Assembly (NCBI GenBank): GCA_951406725.2
Contig: OX597823.1
Span: 112,902,001-112,966,000 of the forward strand
From: Octopus vulgaris
Taxonomy: Eukaryota
DNA length: 64,000 bases
Direction of reading: 5' to 3'
Numbering within the stretch: the first letter of the stretch is position 1; the number at the start of each line of letters is the position of its first letter. The position numbers were made by a program, and so were the translations under genes. Below, in pieces: positions 40,423-55,009 of this stretch. The notes under the pieces are model-generated. The model saw nothing but the letters and a program-made list of their open reading frames with translations. It was not told where the DNA came from and did no database searches.

Positions 40423-41900
40423 TCACACGCGCACGCACACACACACACACACACACACATATATTAAATGTGGCTTCAAAAGAGAGATGAAAGTATATCA
40501 GCCTTGCCTTATTGATATTTATATCTTGCACTACAACGGGCCAACGCAATTTCTAGATCTTATCTTCAATTACTCATTACGTCACTTAACATGCAATGTT
40601 AAAATCATACCAAATTTTACCTTTGACCTTTTCTGATTCAATTCGATAAATGCCAGGAATACGGCGTGCCATTTGATAATTTATACATCATCTTCATAAT
40701 ACGATAAATTATAATTTCTAATTATGTACCGCAAATCTAATCTGTTTGGGTCTCCAGGCAAATATCATATACACTCTATGGACGTCTATATGCGAATATG
40801 TATGAACGTGTGTGTGTATCTGTAAGTTTGTGTGTGTGTGTGTGTGTGCATTTGTGTGTGTATGTGTGTAAGCTTGTGTGTGCGTGTGACCATGTGAATA
40901 TGCGTGATTGAGCGTCTGTGAGATAATGTGTAGTTGTGTATGTGTATTCCTTATGGTCCATAAATCTATGAATATTTCACAAAGCTAATGGGTAGAATCG
41001 AACCTCAGCTGTTGAACATCGAATCGTGTGAGCAACGGTATAGTGCGAGTTGAAGTAAATACCTTTTGGTATGAAATAGCAAGAATTGTTGAGATTTCTA
41101 ATTTGTCATTTAGTTGTGTGATAGGTAATTAAGAAATAATGATGTTACTTGGGTCATCGATAGTGTATCTTACAATTAATGATGGATGGAATGAGAGAGA
41201 CAAAGGTTTTACAAGCTTAATGGAAGATGATTCTAGAAATGAAATATAGCTGTGCAACCGACTTGATGAACTTGGAATGTTTCTTTCCTGAAAGTCAATG
41301 TAAAGAGCTCTCAAGTAAATTCATTCCACTATTTAGTCAGAACTCGCAAGACTGTGAGTTCAGATTTCATTAGATTTACTTATAATTTTAATCCCTCTAT
41401 CTTTCATTCTTTAGTAAGTAGGAATATATTAAGGAAGCTTCATTAGTTAACAGTAACACTTCGACATCAATTCATTAATGTAACGTCCATTTTCCTTTGA
41501 CATTGGTTCTTTGTGCTCGAGGAGAAAAAGTCAAATATATGTATATGTTTCGTCAACAACGGTGTATAACGTGTGAGGAAAATGTATGTTCAGAGAAACC
41601 CCGATCAATTATACAAGGTCAGTTTACTGTCTACTTAATGTCACTTCATATCTATGTTTTGCTAGTATTGAGAATCGCACGAAGAACCAAATTTATTTTA
41701 GGTTCACTTTTAAATTATTCATCGTAGTAACCACAAAAAAGGAAACGTGAAAAAATTATATTACGTAACTTTTGTTATCTAGTTAATAACCAACAGTAAA
41801 CTATATAGTTTCCTATTGTAAATATAAAGATCATATTTGCATCCTATAAGGGTACATTAGGCGAATTTGCACTTAATGTTTTGCATAATGTACTATTATA

Positions 41901-42101
41901 GGCGTAGGCGTAGCTGTGTGGTAAGAAGCTTGCTTCTCAACCACATGGTTTCGGGTTCAGTCCCACTGCATGGTACCTTGGGCGAGTGACTTCTACTTTA
42001 GTCTCGGACTGACAAAGACTTGTGACTGGATTTCGCAGACGGAAACTGAAAGATGCACGTCGCAGGAATGTGTGTGCGTGTGTGTGTATGTGCGTGTGCA
42101 T

Positions 42102-42140
<39 letters not shown>

Positions 42141-42285
42141 TGTGCGTGCGTGCCCGCAACTTAGCGGTTCTGAAAGAGATAGAATATTTACTAGGCTTAA
42201 AAACGAACTGGAGTCGATTCATTTCACTGATAATAAAAGGTGGTGCTCCAGCATGGACGCAGTGAAATGACTAAAACAAGTAAAA
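41901..42285 (+). mobile_element. SINE family B, full length
   Basis: GGCGTAGGCGTAGCTGTGTGGTAAG head, B box GGTTCAGTCCC, internal (TG)n, family tail. Confidence 0.9.
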
Positions 42286-42399
42286 TAAAAAAAATAACGA
42301 TAAAAGTAAAAATTTATTTAAGAGAAAGCAAAATGTGTCAATCGATCTGTTTTCAAGACTGAGATGATACCAATTCACATCACTTCCATTCAAGGATAA

Positions 42400-42570
42400 A
42401 ATAATTATATAAAATCCATTCTGTCTGTGTGTGTGTCTTCTAGGATCTCGGGCATCCTCCATCCGATTACGCTCAAATTTGATGTATAGAAACCGACGGT
42501 ATCAGGGCGTGCATAAGTCTTCAAAAAATTTCAAAAATCGATTCCAGGTGAGAATGCGATAGATAAAGCC
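42400..42570 (+). mobile_element. Possible Helitron-like 5' fragment
   Basis: TATATAAAA..CTGTCTGTGTGTG..ATCCGATT..AAATTTG resembles Helitron 5' ends; no 3' hairpin-CTAG found. Confidence 0.35.
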
Positions 42571-43363
42571 TTGGGAACGTGCATTTGAACGCGCAAATAC
42601 ACCAGCTGTTGCAATCGATACTACGCGTGTGTGAGAAAAATGCACGTGCAGTTTGCGTAAAAAAAGCCGGTTGGCTTGAAATAATGCCACAAAATGCAGT
42701 ATATTTAAGAGACCAAAAAAGTAAAATGCAAAAGAGATATATTCTTCAAACCTGGCATGAAGGAAGGAAAGACTACTTGGTTTCTCAAGAAGTTTTTTTT
42801 TTTAGCCTTAACTTCGTTTAACAAAACCAAAAATTTTATTGAAATAAAGGCATGCTTAATTATTTTTTAATGAAAAGAAAACACTGATTGGTTTTTATTC
42901 AGTAGATAGGATTCAGCACCATCCATTGGACGGCGGGGGGGGGCGTTTTGCTCGTTTTTGATAAAGCCGTTGACAATATTAAATTCAATGTCCTGCTTTA
43001 AGTGGTTTATGAATGATTGAATAATTTTTAGCATAATATTTGTTGTACAACAAGTAAGAAGCGCCTGACAAACGGAAAATGGATTATAGGTTCAATTCTA
43101 AGTAGAATCCATTTCACTTGAATGATATCTCTAATATCTTGTGGAAAGACATACGTCTCACAACATCCCATTTAACTGTAACTGATAATCGAGTCAAAAA
43201 CAAATGAATATTATCTTAAAGATTAATTCTAGTCATCACTATACGGGGAGGCTAACTCGAAATTGAAATTAATTTAATTTGATAAGGAAATCAAAAATGG
43301 AATCGTTGTAAACGATGATTTAACTCATTATATTAGGTATGGTTGCATGACATTTAATATTAA

Positions 43364-44103
43364 CTAGCAGTATCACCCGGCGTTGCTCGGGTTTTTTTCG
43401 ACCCTTTAGGATTGGAATTTTTGAAAAGTAAAACTTTTGCATTATGTAGCTTGTTATTCTCTTTAAGTGAACATCTTTCTGGTTGAAATACACCAAAAAA
43501 ATGGCGACATAGCAGTCAAAAAATCGTAAAAAAAGGGATTTTTATAGGAAAAAAGCACCTTTTTGATGTAAATAATTTTTGGTGTTAACATGGTCGGATT
43601 TGAAATTTGTTCTACTACGGAAGGAAGAGGAAGCCTTCTTCTATCATACTCTCAATTTTGGTCAACTTGCGCCGCAAGGCCTCGGAAGAGATAGTGTTAG
43701 TTGAAGGCTACCAAACCTGCCATACACAGACAACTTCAGTTTATTTCGACCCTTTAGAATTGGAATTTTTGAAAAGTAAAAACTTTGCATTATGTAGCTT
43801 GTTATTCACTTTAAGTGAACATTTTTCTGGTTGAAATATACCAAAAAATGGCGACACAGCAGTCAAAAAATCGTAAAAAAAGGGATTTTCATAGGAGAAA
43901 AGCAACTTTTTGATGTAAATAAATTTTCGTGTTAACATGATCGGATTTGAAATTTGTTCTTCTACGGAATGAAGAGGAAGCCTTCTTCTTTCATACTCTC
44001 AATTTTGGTCAACTTGCGCCGCAAGGCATCGGAGCAGATAATGTTAGATGAAGGCTACCAAACCTGCCATACACAGACAACTTCAGTTCTATATAGAGAG
44101 AGA
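43364..44103 (-). mobile_element. Non-autonomous Helitron family H2 with internal tandem duplication
   Basis: A|TC at 44103, hairpin plus CTAG|T at 43364; units ~43397-43741 and ~43746-44088. Confidence 0.88.
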
Positions 44104-44336
44104 TTTCTAATTTGAAATCTTTTCCTAATTATTCTTTTACAATTCGTTTGGATCATTAAAGTTCCTAGTCCTAATGATGTCTGTAGTCGTTTACGGTCTC
44201 ATTTCAGGGATAAAGTACTTGTTGAAGGTCTATGATATAGCCCTTCATGTCAGTGTTATTGTTTATGTGACTAAAAATCCTCATTGAAGAGACATATGGG
44301 ATGCATTCCAGCCGTGGTTACATCAATTTTACAGTT

Positions 44337-44645
44337 ACCGGGTATCTTATAGTCGTGATTCATATCGAGCCCTTCTGGGTATTATCGCGCGTCTACGATT
44401 AGTCTACGATTTAAAAAATAAAATTTACCATCAATTTTTCCCATTTTTAATGAATTTTTGGCATATATAAGGGAAATAACTCTCTAAAGATTTATTATTA
44501 AATCTCAGAACGTAAAAAGCTACAGTAACACCCCCCCCCCTTTGTGGTTAGCCATATTGAGATGGCCATTATACTTTACATCTCTAAAAATGCTTATATA
44601 GTTATTTCCCTTACAAACCCGAGCAACGCCGGGCGATACTGCTAG
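44337..44645 (+). mobile_element. 5'-truncated Helitron H1
   Basis: Matches the 3' 310 bp of 50405-50799; ends CTAG|T. Confidence 0.88.
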
Positions 44646-44980
44646 TATGATATATAGGACTACAACACTCACTCATCGCCTTCTGTTCTATTTTCAAAGA
44701 TTAGGTTACGTTATACGGGAGAATGTTAGGTTATGATATACAGGAGAATTAGCTGCTCTTTCTAGTTAGTCGAGAATCCACGTAAAGTATTTCATGTAGT
44801 TTCCCTTTACTCTTAAACGTATGCAAGTGGCATGGAATTGACGGTCTTCTTGTATTTTTCAAATTTCTCAAGAGAGAAGACTGCACACACACACACGCAC
44901 ACATGCACGCACACACATACGTACGCACGCACACGCACATGGCTATATACATGCCTGTTTCTTTATATCTCCATCCATCC

Positions 44981-45032
<52 letters not shown>

Positions 45033-45197
45033 GTCTGTCTATCTTTCTACCTACCTACCTACCTATCTATCTATATGTATATCTATCTATCTACCTACCT
45101 ACCTACCTACCTACCTACCTACCTACCTATCTATCTATCTATCTATTTATCTATCTATATATATATCTGTTCATTTCTCTCACTCTCTCCTCTGTGC

Positions 45198-45261
<64 letters not shown>

Positions 45262-46439
45262 GTATATATATACACCACACAAACATATTCTTACACACGT
45301 TTATACATATATAGATAAACGCAAGCATATATCGACACCAATAAATTCCATCATGCTTACATTCTAGTATCCAAGACCTTCGTACTGACAAGATATAAAA
45401 GTATATAAAAGGTACTGAAAGCCCGTACAGTTTAATGCATCGGCTACGGAGCAATATCGAATTGTTTAACAGAATGGTGGCCATTCTACCGAAATTACTT
45501 CCACCATAACATCGAAAGCAATGATATGGCATCAATTTATCCATTTATTTCGAAAATCATACTGACAGGATGCTCTCTGTAAAGGGATTAGGAAATTAAA
45601 GCTATAACTCTGCAAGCTTATTACTAAATGAAACTGTCACAGCATTAAATGTGCTGACCAATATAATTTGAGTCTGTTATAAAAAGGTCACGTGGGCTAA
45701 AGTCATTCGCATATAAAATTCTGAAAAGTCATTCCGCGTAATACAGTTATTGCGTCAGTAAAGAAAAAAAAAAGAGAGTAATGTATGTGTAAATGTATAT
45801 ATATATATGTCTATATATGCGTGCATAAATATGTACCTTTATCAATGTTCTTATCAACAGAATTATAATTCAAAATAAATGTCTTTTTGAGAAAAAATTG
45901 AAATGGGTTTTGATTTGGTGATAGGGAATTGGACAGATAAAAAAGTAAATGAAAGTAATAAAGAGATTATGCGTCTAGGCCGATTTATCAGAAAAAAAGG
46001 TAGTATCAAGTAATTGAAAAATAAATAGTGTAAATGGCTGAGTACACCAGTGTCATTTTTAGCTGTAATGTTCAAGTTGTATCTGCTTGAATCTGTATGT
46101 GTCAAGCCAGCTTTTTTCAATTACAGACATAATCCACCGGAAAGGCTTCGTCGCAGCTTTCAAGAATTCAATTCCACTCAGAAGTCTTGGATAAACACGG
46201 CTTAGTGGTAAACGATGGACGATCCTCTAGGAAGGAAGGCAGTAGGATAGAAGGCGGAATGTTATGATTGCAAATTTACTCACTTGACCATTGTACCATT
46301 CTGGCATCTGCGTAAGATAAATGCACAGCGCATGCGTACGCACACACACATACACGCACACACACGCAACCAAAGGTGTATGTGGCTCTGTGCGAATATG
46401 AATAGGTATGTATATGTACATGGCTATACATATACATAT

Positions 46440-46757
<318 letters not shown>

Positions 46758-46948
46758 GCTGGTGCTGTTTAGTGCTCTTGTTCACTATATTGACGTATAT
46801 ATTTTTGGCTTTAGGTTGTCAAATTGCGAATTAGCCAACCATATTATGTGTGTGTGTGTGTATGTGTGTTATAAAAATACTTCAAGAAGATATATCAAAA
46901 ATATATTTCCGTTCGGGCAAACATAAACAAATTGAAGAGGATAAGAAT

Positions 46949-47352
46949 ATTCTTTTCTACTCTAGGCACAAGGCCTGAATTTTTTGGAGTGGGTGAGGGG
47001 CAGTCGATCAAATCGACCCCAGTACGCAAATACGTACTTAATATATCGACCCCGACAGGATAAAAGGCAAAATCGACATCGGCGGAATTTGAACTCAGAA
47101 CATAAGGAGAGACGAAATACCTATTTCTTTACTACCCACTAGGAGCTAAATACAGAGGGGACAAACTAGGACAGGCAAACGGATTAAGTCGATTATATCG
47201 ACCCCAGTGTGTAACTGGTACTTATTCAATCGACCCTGAAAGGATGAAAGGCAAAGTCGACCTCGGCGTAATTTGAATTCAGAACGTAACGACAGACGAA
47301 AAACGGCTACGCATTTCGCCCGGCGTGCTAACGGTTCTGCCACCTCGCCGCC
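46949..47352 (-). mobile_element. Dimeric SINE A (second monomer with tail type 2)
   Basis: Junction 47121/47122; imperfect TSD TTGAAGAG..TAAGAAT at 46932-46948 and 47355-47371. Confidence 0.9.
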
Positions 47353-47575
47353 ATTTGAAGAGAGTAAGAATGCTTTAAATATTTACAGTGAGGAACCAAA
47401 GACAACGATCACTATGTATAGTCGTTGCCCTATCGCGTGTAGCTGCTCCGCAACATTGCAAACGCAACACTCGGTTTGCATCCGCAAAACGCTTGTCGAA
47501 CTGTGTGCCTTTATTACTGGCGCATGCGCAGAACTATCCTCTGTACTTCGTTCTATGCATTAAATATATATTAAA

Positions 47576-47807
47576 GGCGGCGAGCTGGCAGAAACGTTAG
47601 CGCGCCTGGCGAAATGCTTATCGGTATTTCGTCTGTCGTTACGTTCTGTGTTCAAATTTCGCCGAGGTCGACTTTGCCTTTCATCCTTTCGGGGTCGATA
47701 AATTAAGTACCAGTTACGCACTGGGGTCGATGTAATCCACTTGATCCCTTTGTCTGTCCTTGTTTGTCCCCTCTCTGTTTAGCCCCTTGTGGGTAGTAAA
47801 GAAATAG
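47576..47807 (+). mobile_element. SINE family A, full-length monomer (tRNA-like head, Deu/Nin-like core)
   Basis: A and B boxes, core GCCTTTCATCCTTTCGGGGTCGATAAATTAAGTACCAG; TSD ATATATTAAA at 47566-47575 and 47808-47817. Confidence 0.93.
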
Positions 47808-48405
47808 ATATATTAAACGCACACGCAAACACACGCTCGCACACGCACGCACCCATAAGCACATATATTACAGCAGGTGTCATGATGCGCTCTGTCGTTA
47901 AGCAAGAAATGCTAATTAATTATAACGACACTATTAATGATGAGAACAGTTATTTTATAAATGACTAATCCATGTTAAATAGAGTTGTAATAATAGAAAA
48001 TCAATGAATTAGAGATTTTAGTACGCGCGTTAGTGTGATGCATAGAAATTTAGTGTTAACGCATGTTTCAATATTTATAGACCTCGTCAGTGACGCATAG
48101 CCTGTTGCATATATAGATTAATTACTGCTTTACATCATTGCCTTTCAAATGACGTAATCTGTGGCTTTGAACTATCAACAGCTTATTATCTTCGTCTGAA
48201 AGTGTTTCACATTATTATTTAGCGATGCCTTCGAGGAATACCTCAAATGTCACTGGTGATATATGTAGCGAATTTATTTATCCGAAAATTTTGGGAGAAT
48301 AAAACAGCAAATACTATTTATACTTAGTGTAGATCCAGAAATATAAGTTCGGTGACCTTTGCTTTGCTTTACTGATTTAAAATCAAGGACACCAACAGCT
48401 GAAGA

Positions 48406-48475
<70 letters not shown>

Positions 48476-48489
48476 TTACTGGCGCTGCT

Positions 48490-48634
48490 GCTCGTCTGCC
48501 GTTACGTTCTGAGTTCAAATTCCGCTGAGGTCGACTTTGTCTTTCATCCTTTCGGGGTCGATAAATTAAGTACCAGTTACGCACCGGGGTCGATGCCCCC
48601 TCTATGTTTATCCCCTTGTGGGCAATAAAGAAAT
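48490..48634 (+). mobile_element. 5'-truncated SINE A following (CTA)n
   Basis: B box, core and shortened tail ending GGCAATAAAGAAAT. Confidence 0.85.
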
Positions 48635-49911
<1,277 letters not shown>

Positions 49912-50404
49912 TATTATTATCATTATTATTATTTTAAAGATTCAAGAAATAATGAAAGAAAATCTTAATTAGAAGCAAATTCTTTTAGAAGTTAATAAGT
50001 GGGTCTAGGTCGAATAGACGTAAGATTAAAGACGTCTCAATCGTCACTTTTATATCTTTTGTCAGGACTTTTGTAACCATGTAAGCGAGACCGCATTATT
50101 GTATATGCGTATGACTGTGTACTTCTGTGCAAAGTGTGTATATATGTACGAGGTGACAATAATATCATATCCGGTGGCACCTGACATCCATGAAATCGAA
50201 TCTTCTCTCATCAGATTCGATAGGAGGAATTGATAACTCCTTGTTCAGAAGAAATAAATACATAATATATAAGTGTACAAAGACCTTGAAAAGGCAGAGC
50301 ATACAATTGGTGGGAAAATTAAAAGAAAGGCGAAGGAATAAAGAAAAAAGAAAATTTGGCGTGTGTATGTGAGATGGGTTGATGCGTTCGCGTCGAGGTT
50401 AACA

Positions 50405-50799
50405 TCTTTATATATAAAAGAGAGGTTGTGTGCTGTCTGTCTCCTACGATTTAGATTCCTAACTACTCCCACATATTGCGGTGCAGTTTAACCAAAACCG
50501 GGTATCATATAGTCGGGATTCATATCGAGCCCTTCTGGGTATTAGCGCGCGTCTACGATGAGTCTACGATTTAAAAAAAAATTACCATCAATTTTTCCCA
50601 TTTTTAATGCATTTTTGGCATATATAAGGGAAGTAACTCTCTAAAAATTTATTATTAAATCTCAGAACGTATAAAGCTACAGTAACCCCCCCCCTTTGTG
50701 GTTAGTCATATTGAGATGGCTATTATACTTTACATCTCTAAAAATGCTTATATAGTTATTTCCCTTACAAACCCGAGCAACGCCGGGCGATACTGCTAG
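50405..50799 (+). mobile_element. Non-autonomous Helitron H1, complete
   Basis: A|TCTTTATATATAAAAG ... CCCGAGCAACGCCGGG-CGATACTG-CTAG|T; no TSD. Confidence 0.93.
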
Positions 50800-51261
50800 T
50801 TCAGAATGTAACCAAACGTGAATGATAAATTTTGATACTTTAGTATGTACAGTCAAACGGCCATACTCACTGCGGTCATTCGAATTACAGCAATATTTGG
50901 AAATGATGAATATTACAGATCATTCACTTCTACACCTATGAGCTCTTGCTTACATCAAATACTCTATCGAGATTGTCAGTGGATTGTAAATATATTAAGT
51001 GACAGATAATCTAAGTGTAAAATTACACGATTTTGAAGCGTTAAGTGACAATGTGTTTATGAGTCGTAAACATTATCTATATTGTATACAGATATGTATG
51101 TCTATGTGTGCGTGCGCGCGTGCATGTGTGTGTATATCTATCAATCTATCTATCAATATACATACACATATAACATACACACGCATATCTATGCTATGTA
51201 TACATATACTGTGGGTATACAACATGTACTTGTATATAATATATATATATATAAATATATA

Positions 51262-51488
51262 CTCTTTTACTTGTTTCAGTCATTTGACTGCGTCCATGCT
51301 GGACCACCGCCTTTAGTCGAGCAAATCGACCCCAAGACTTATTCTTTTTAAGCCTAGTACTTATTCTATCGGTCTCTTTTGCCGAACCATTAAGTTACGA
51401 GGACCTAAACACACCAGCATCGGTTGTCAAGCGATGTTGGGGGGACAAACACAGACACACAAACATATACACACACACACACACACAA

Positions 51489-51529
<41 letters not shown>

Positions 51530-51676
51530 CATATATACGACAGGCTTCTTTCAGTTTCCGTCTACCAAATCCACTCACAAGGCTTTGGTTGGCCCAAGGC
51601 TATAGTACAAGACACTTGCCCAAGGTGCCACGCAGTGAGACTGAACCCGAAACCACGTGAATGAGAAGCAAGCTTC
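51262..51676 (-). mobile_element. SINE family B
   Basis: Reverse complement of 53809-54195 with an internal (TA)(TG) tract. Confidence 0.9.
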
Positions 51677-51973
51677 TTTTATTCATTTAACTGGCCACTA
51701 CGGAAGCTGCGGGCTGGACACACACATAAAGATTTGAATGACAAATGAAATGGTGAAAAGTGAGGGCAACAAGCAAAACCCGCCGATTCCTGTTTACCCT
51801 AAAGGCAGTAGGGTCTGGTTTGAACGAGAGGAACCGCTATTTATATCAAGCTGAAGAAGTGTGAAGGTATTTCTTGATTGTCCAAAAGAAAATTCTTCCA
51901 AGACTTGGAAATATTTTATTAAGTATAAGTGTAAACTAAAAACCTATCATGTAAACGCTATGTTTGAGGTAGA

Positions 51974-52356
51974 TGGAGGCGCAATGGCCCAGTGGTTAGG
52001 GCAGCGGACTCGCGGTCGTAGGATCGCGGTTTCGATTCCCAGACCGGGCGTTGTGAGTGTTTATTGAGCGAAAACATCTAAAGCTCCACGAGGCTCCAGC
52101 AGGGGATGGTGGTGATCCCTGCTGTACTTTTTCACCACAACTTTCTCTCACTCTTACTTCCTGTTTCTGTTGTACCTGTATTTCAAAGGGCCGGCCTTGT
52201 CACTCTCTGTGTCACGCTGAATATCCCCGAGAACTACGTTAAGGGTATACGTGTCTGTGGAGTGCTCAGCCACTTACACGTTAATTTCACGAGCAGGCTG
52301 TTCCGTTGATCGGATCAACCGGAACCCTCATCGTCATAACCGACGGAGTGCTTCAC
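51974..52356 (+). mobile_element. SINE family C, full length
   Basis: TSD ATGTTTGAGGTAGA at 51960-51973 and 52357-52370. Confidence 0.93.
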
Positions 52357-53421
52357 ATGTTTGAGGTAGAATGAAGACGTAACATGCTTTTTGAAATAGA
52401 GCAGATCTTCCGAAAAATTTCCCCCTCAGTGTGCTTACTTGCAACTGTTCAAAACTAAGTCCATACACACTCTGTTTTTATGACTGATTTTAGATTACAC
52501 TTCCACCAACAGAGGAAATTAAAAATATTTGTTTTGAAAATTTATCATTTTACATTCAAATAGCAATAAAATGAAAAATATCATAAACTGATGTTATTTC
52601 TTTTACACATCAGAAAATTATGAAAAGGTATTAGAACCAAACACAGATTTCTGAATTAACCTACGCCATTAGTAACACAGTAATTAAAATGTATACAAAA
52701 GAGATCGTCAAATTGAAAGTGGTCTGGTTTTTATCTTTTATCTTTTTACAAACAAGGCCTACTTCAATTCTTCTAAAGTTCAGGCTTTATAGGATTGTAA
52801 TTGAACAAAATCACAAATCTAGAATCAGAAAAAATTTACATCGTAGGGTAAATTTACCTCTGTTTGGTGATCTCTTAATATTGAATGTCGGCATAACATT
52901 CAACGTATGTTACTCCATGGAAACCAAGTTCCCATTGTTTTATTTCACTTAACAATTAGGTGCAATCCATAGATCCAATGTGCCAAATATTGCTTGTTTC
53001 TTGATTAAAACTCTGCCCACAACTACAGGGTTTCTTTGTATGTGTTTCCCTTCTTTTGATTAAAAACTAGTCACTTAAAACTGACACGGACATAACTTTA
53101 GAAGAGCAGATAGACATAAAGACTTGCTAAAGATGTTAGTATAAATATGATTGAAATAAAGAAAAGATCAACTAGAAATGAAGATAAGATATACAAGAAT
53201 ATAGCAGGACGATGTAACAAAGCGATGGCACCCAAAGTGGATCTACAGTTATCCCGGAGTTCCGTGAAAACCTCGCGTTCTGCAATATAACAAAATTATA
53301 TCTAATAAGATATTATAAAGAAAAGGTGATTTCAGCTTTCAAAATAGTAAATTATTTTTATCTGTATTTCGTTTTTGGATTTGGTTTGCAAGATTCTCTA
53401 TATGAGTTCGAGTGTTGAAGC

Positions 53422-53578
53422 ATATTCTGTTGTGTCTGGGGAGAGTCATTTTCTTTTTGTGCCTTATAATGTAACACACTCACCGGTAAAATTTCCACTT
53501 ATTTCTTATTTTTATTTTCCTAAAATTTTCGTTGCGTCTTGCAACCATTTCAATAGTCTCCCAGACACAACAGAATAT
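53422..53578. repeat. 22-bp inverted repeat next to a degenerate hammerhead-like motif
   Basis: ATATTCTGTTGTGTCTGGG(G)AGA at 53422-53444 versus TCTCCCAGACACAACAGAATAT at 53557-53578. Confidence 0.8.
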
Positions 53579-53808
53579 TTTATCTGTGTTTTATATGAAT
53601 TAATTCTTTTTAATTGCATTTAGGATGGGAGAAATCATCTTTTATATATAGATAGGAATTCTACTGATTTTGGAATGTTTTATGAATGTTACGTGGTAAA
53701 ATTAGTTTAAGGATACCTGTTGTAAAATAGTTTACACCAATATTATTCTAAAACTGTTTAGATATAATGTTATCCTACTGCTGCTATTCACACCTTCTAA
53801 GGTGTAAA

Positions 53809-54195
53809 TAGGAATGGCTATGTGGTAAGTAGCCTGCTTATCAACCACTCGGTTCCGGGTTCATTCCCACTGCGTGGCACCTTGGGCAAGTGTCTTCTAC
53901 TATAGCCACTTGTGAGTGGATTTGGTAGGCGGAAACTGAAAGAAGCCCATCGTATATATGTATGTATATGTATGTGTGTGTATATGTTTGTGTGTCTGCG
54001 TTTGTTCCCCCAACATCGCTTGACAACCGATGCTGGTGTGTTTACGTCCCCGTAACTTAGCGGTTCGGCAAAAGACACCGATAGAATAAGTACTAGGCTT
54101 ACAAAGAATAAGTCCTGGGGTCTATTTGCTCGATTAAAGGCGTAATCCAGCATGGCCGCAGTCTAATGAATGAAACAAGTAAAAGGGTAAAAGAG
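53809..54195 (+). mobile_element. SINE family B
   Basis: Family head, CCTTGGGCAAGTGTCTTC, internal microsatellite and tail. Confidence 0.9.
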
Positions 54196-55009
54196 CATCA
54201 ATGTATGGCTTCTTCTTGGATTCTGGGGTAAACGTGGTATATGTCAAAAGTTACATAACCATCAGATCCGGTTTGAAAGAACTGGTTGTACTAACGAATG
54301 TGTAATTAAATGTTCTTTCTACAGTCAACCGTGATTCTTCAGCGGATTTATAAGATTTAATAAACCGGTAACATTTTCACTGAGCTGATTTGTCTCTTGG
54401 CAAATCAGAAATGCTTTAAAATAATTTTAATTAACATTACATGTGATAGAATAACTTGCAGAAAATTCAGGAATTCTACTGTGGAAATTGATTAGGTTTT
54501 CATGTTAGCTAATCAGGTATTCAATAAGATAACTAATTATACATTCATATGAGATTTTATCTTGCATTAATTATATTTATCATAGCAGAATTGTTGAATT
54601 CTACTCAGGATAGAGTATTAAAACTACAAGTTGGCTTAACATTTATTTTTAATATCAAATTCATTTTATTCATATCTTACTATTCGATCACTTGGAATTA
54701 TACGGGATACTAGTGGAGTACAGGCGGATCCTTATGCATCTAATTAGTCACTGCTAGAAATAGCAGTCAGTTCTCCTTATATCAAATATCATTGTTTCAA
54801 ATTGGAAGATGCCTTCAAGAATTCAGTTCTGAGTACAATCCAAGTGTCACCTTTCTCCCATTTTATAAAATGGGAGAAAGGTGACAATTGGATTGTTTTT
54901 GACCACAGATGACGGGTGATCTGGCGATAAGCAACACTGTCCTCCTCCTCCTCCTCCTCCTCCTCACAATCATTACCATTGACGACAACAGCAACAACAG
55001 CAGCAGCAG

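Noticed and set aside
48058-48095. CUGACGA..GAAAC-AUGC-GUU on minus
   Set aside because: Stems I and II do not pair adequately; at most a relic
49858-49923. Poly-Met N-terminus of ORF 49444-49923
   Set aside because: Flanking (TGA)n microsatellite read in frame; the element is 5'-truncated
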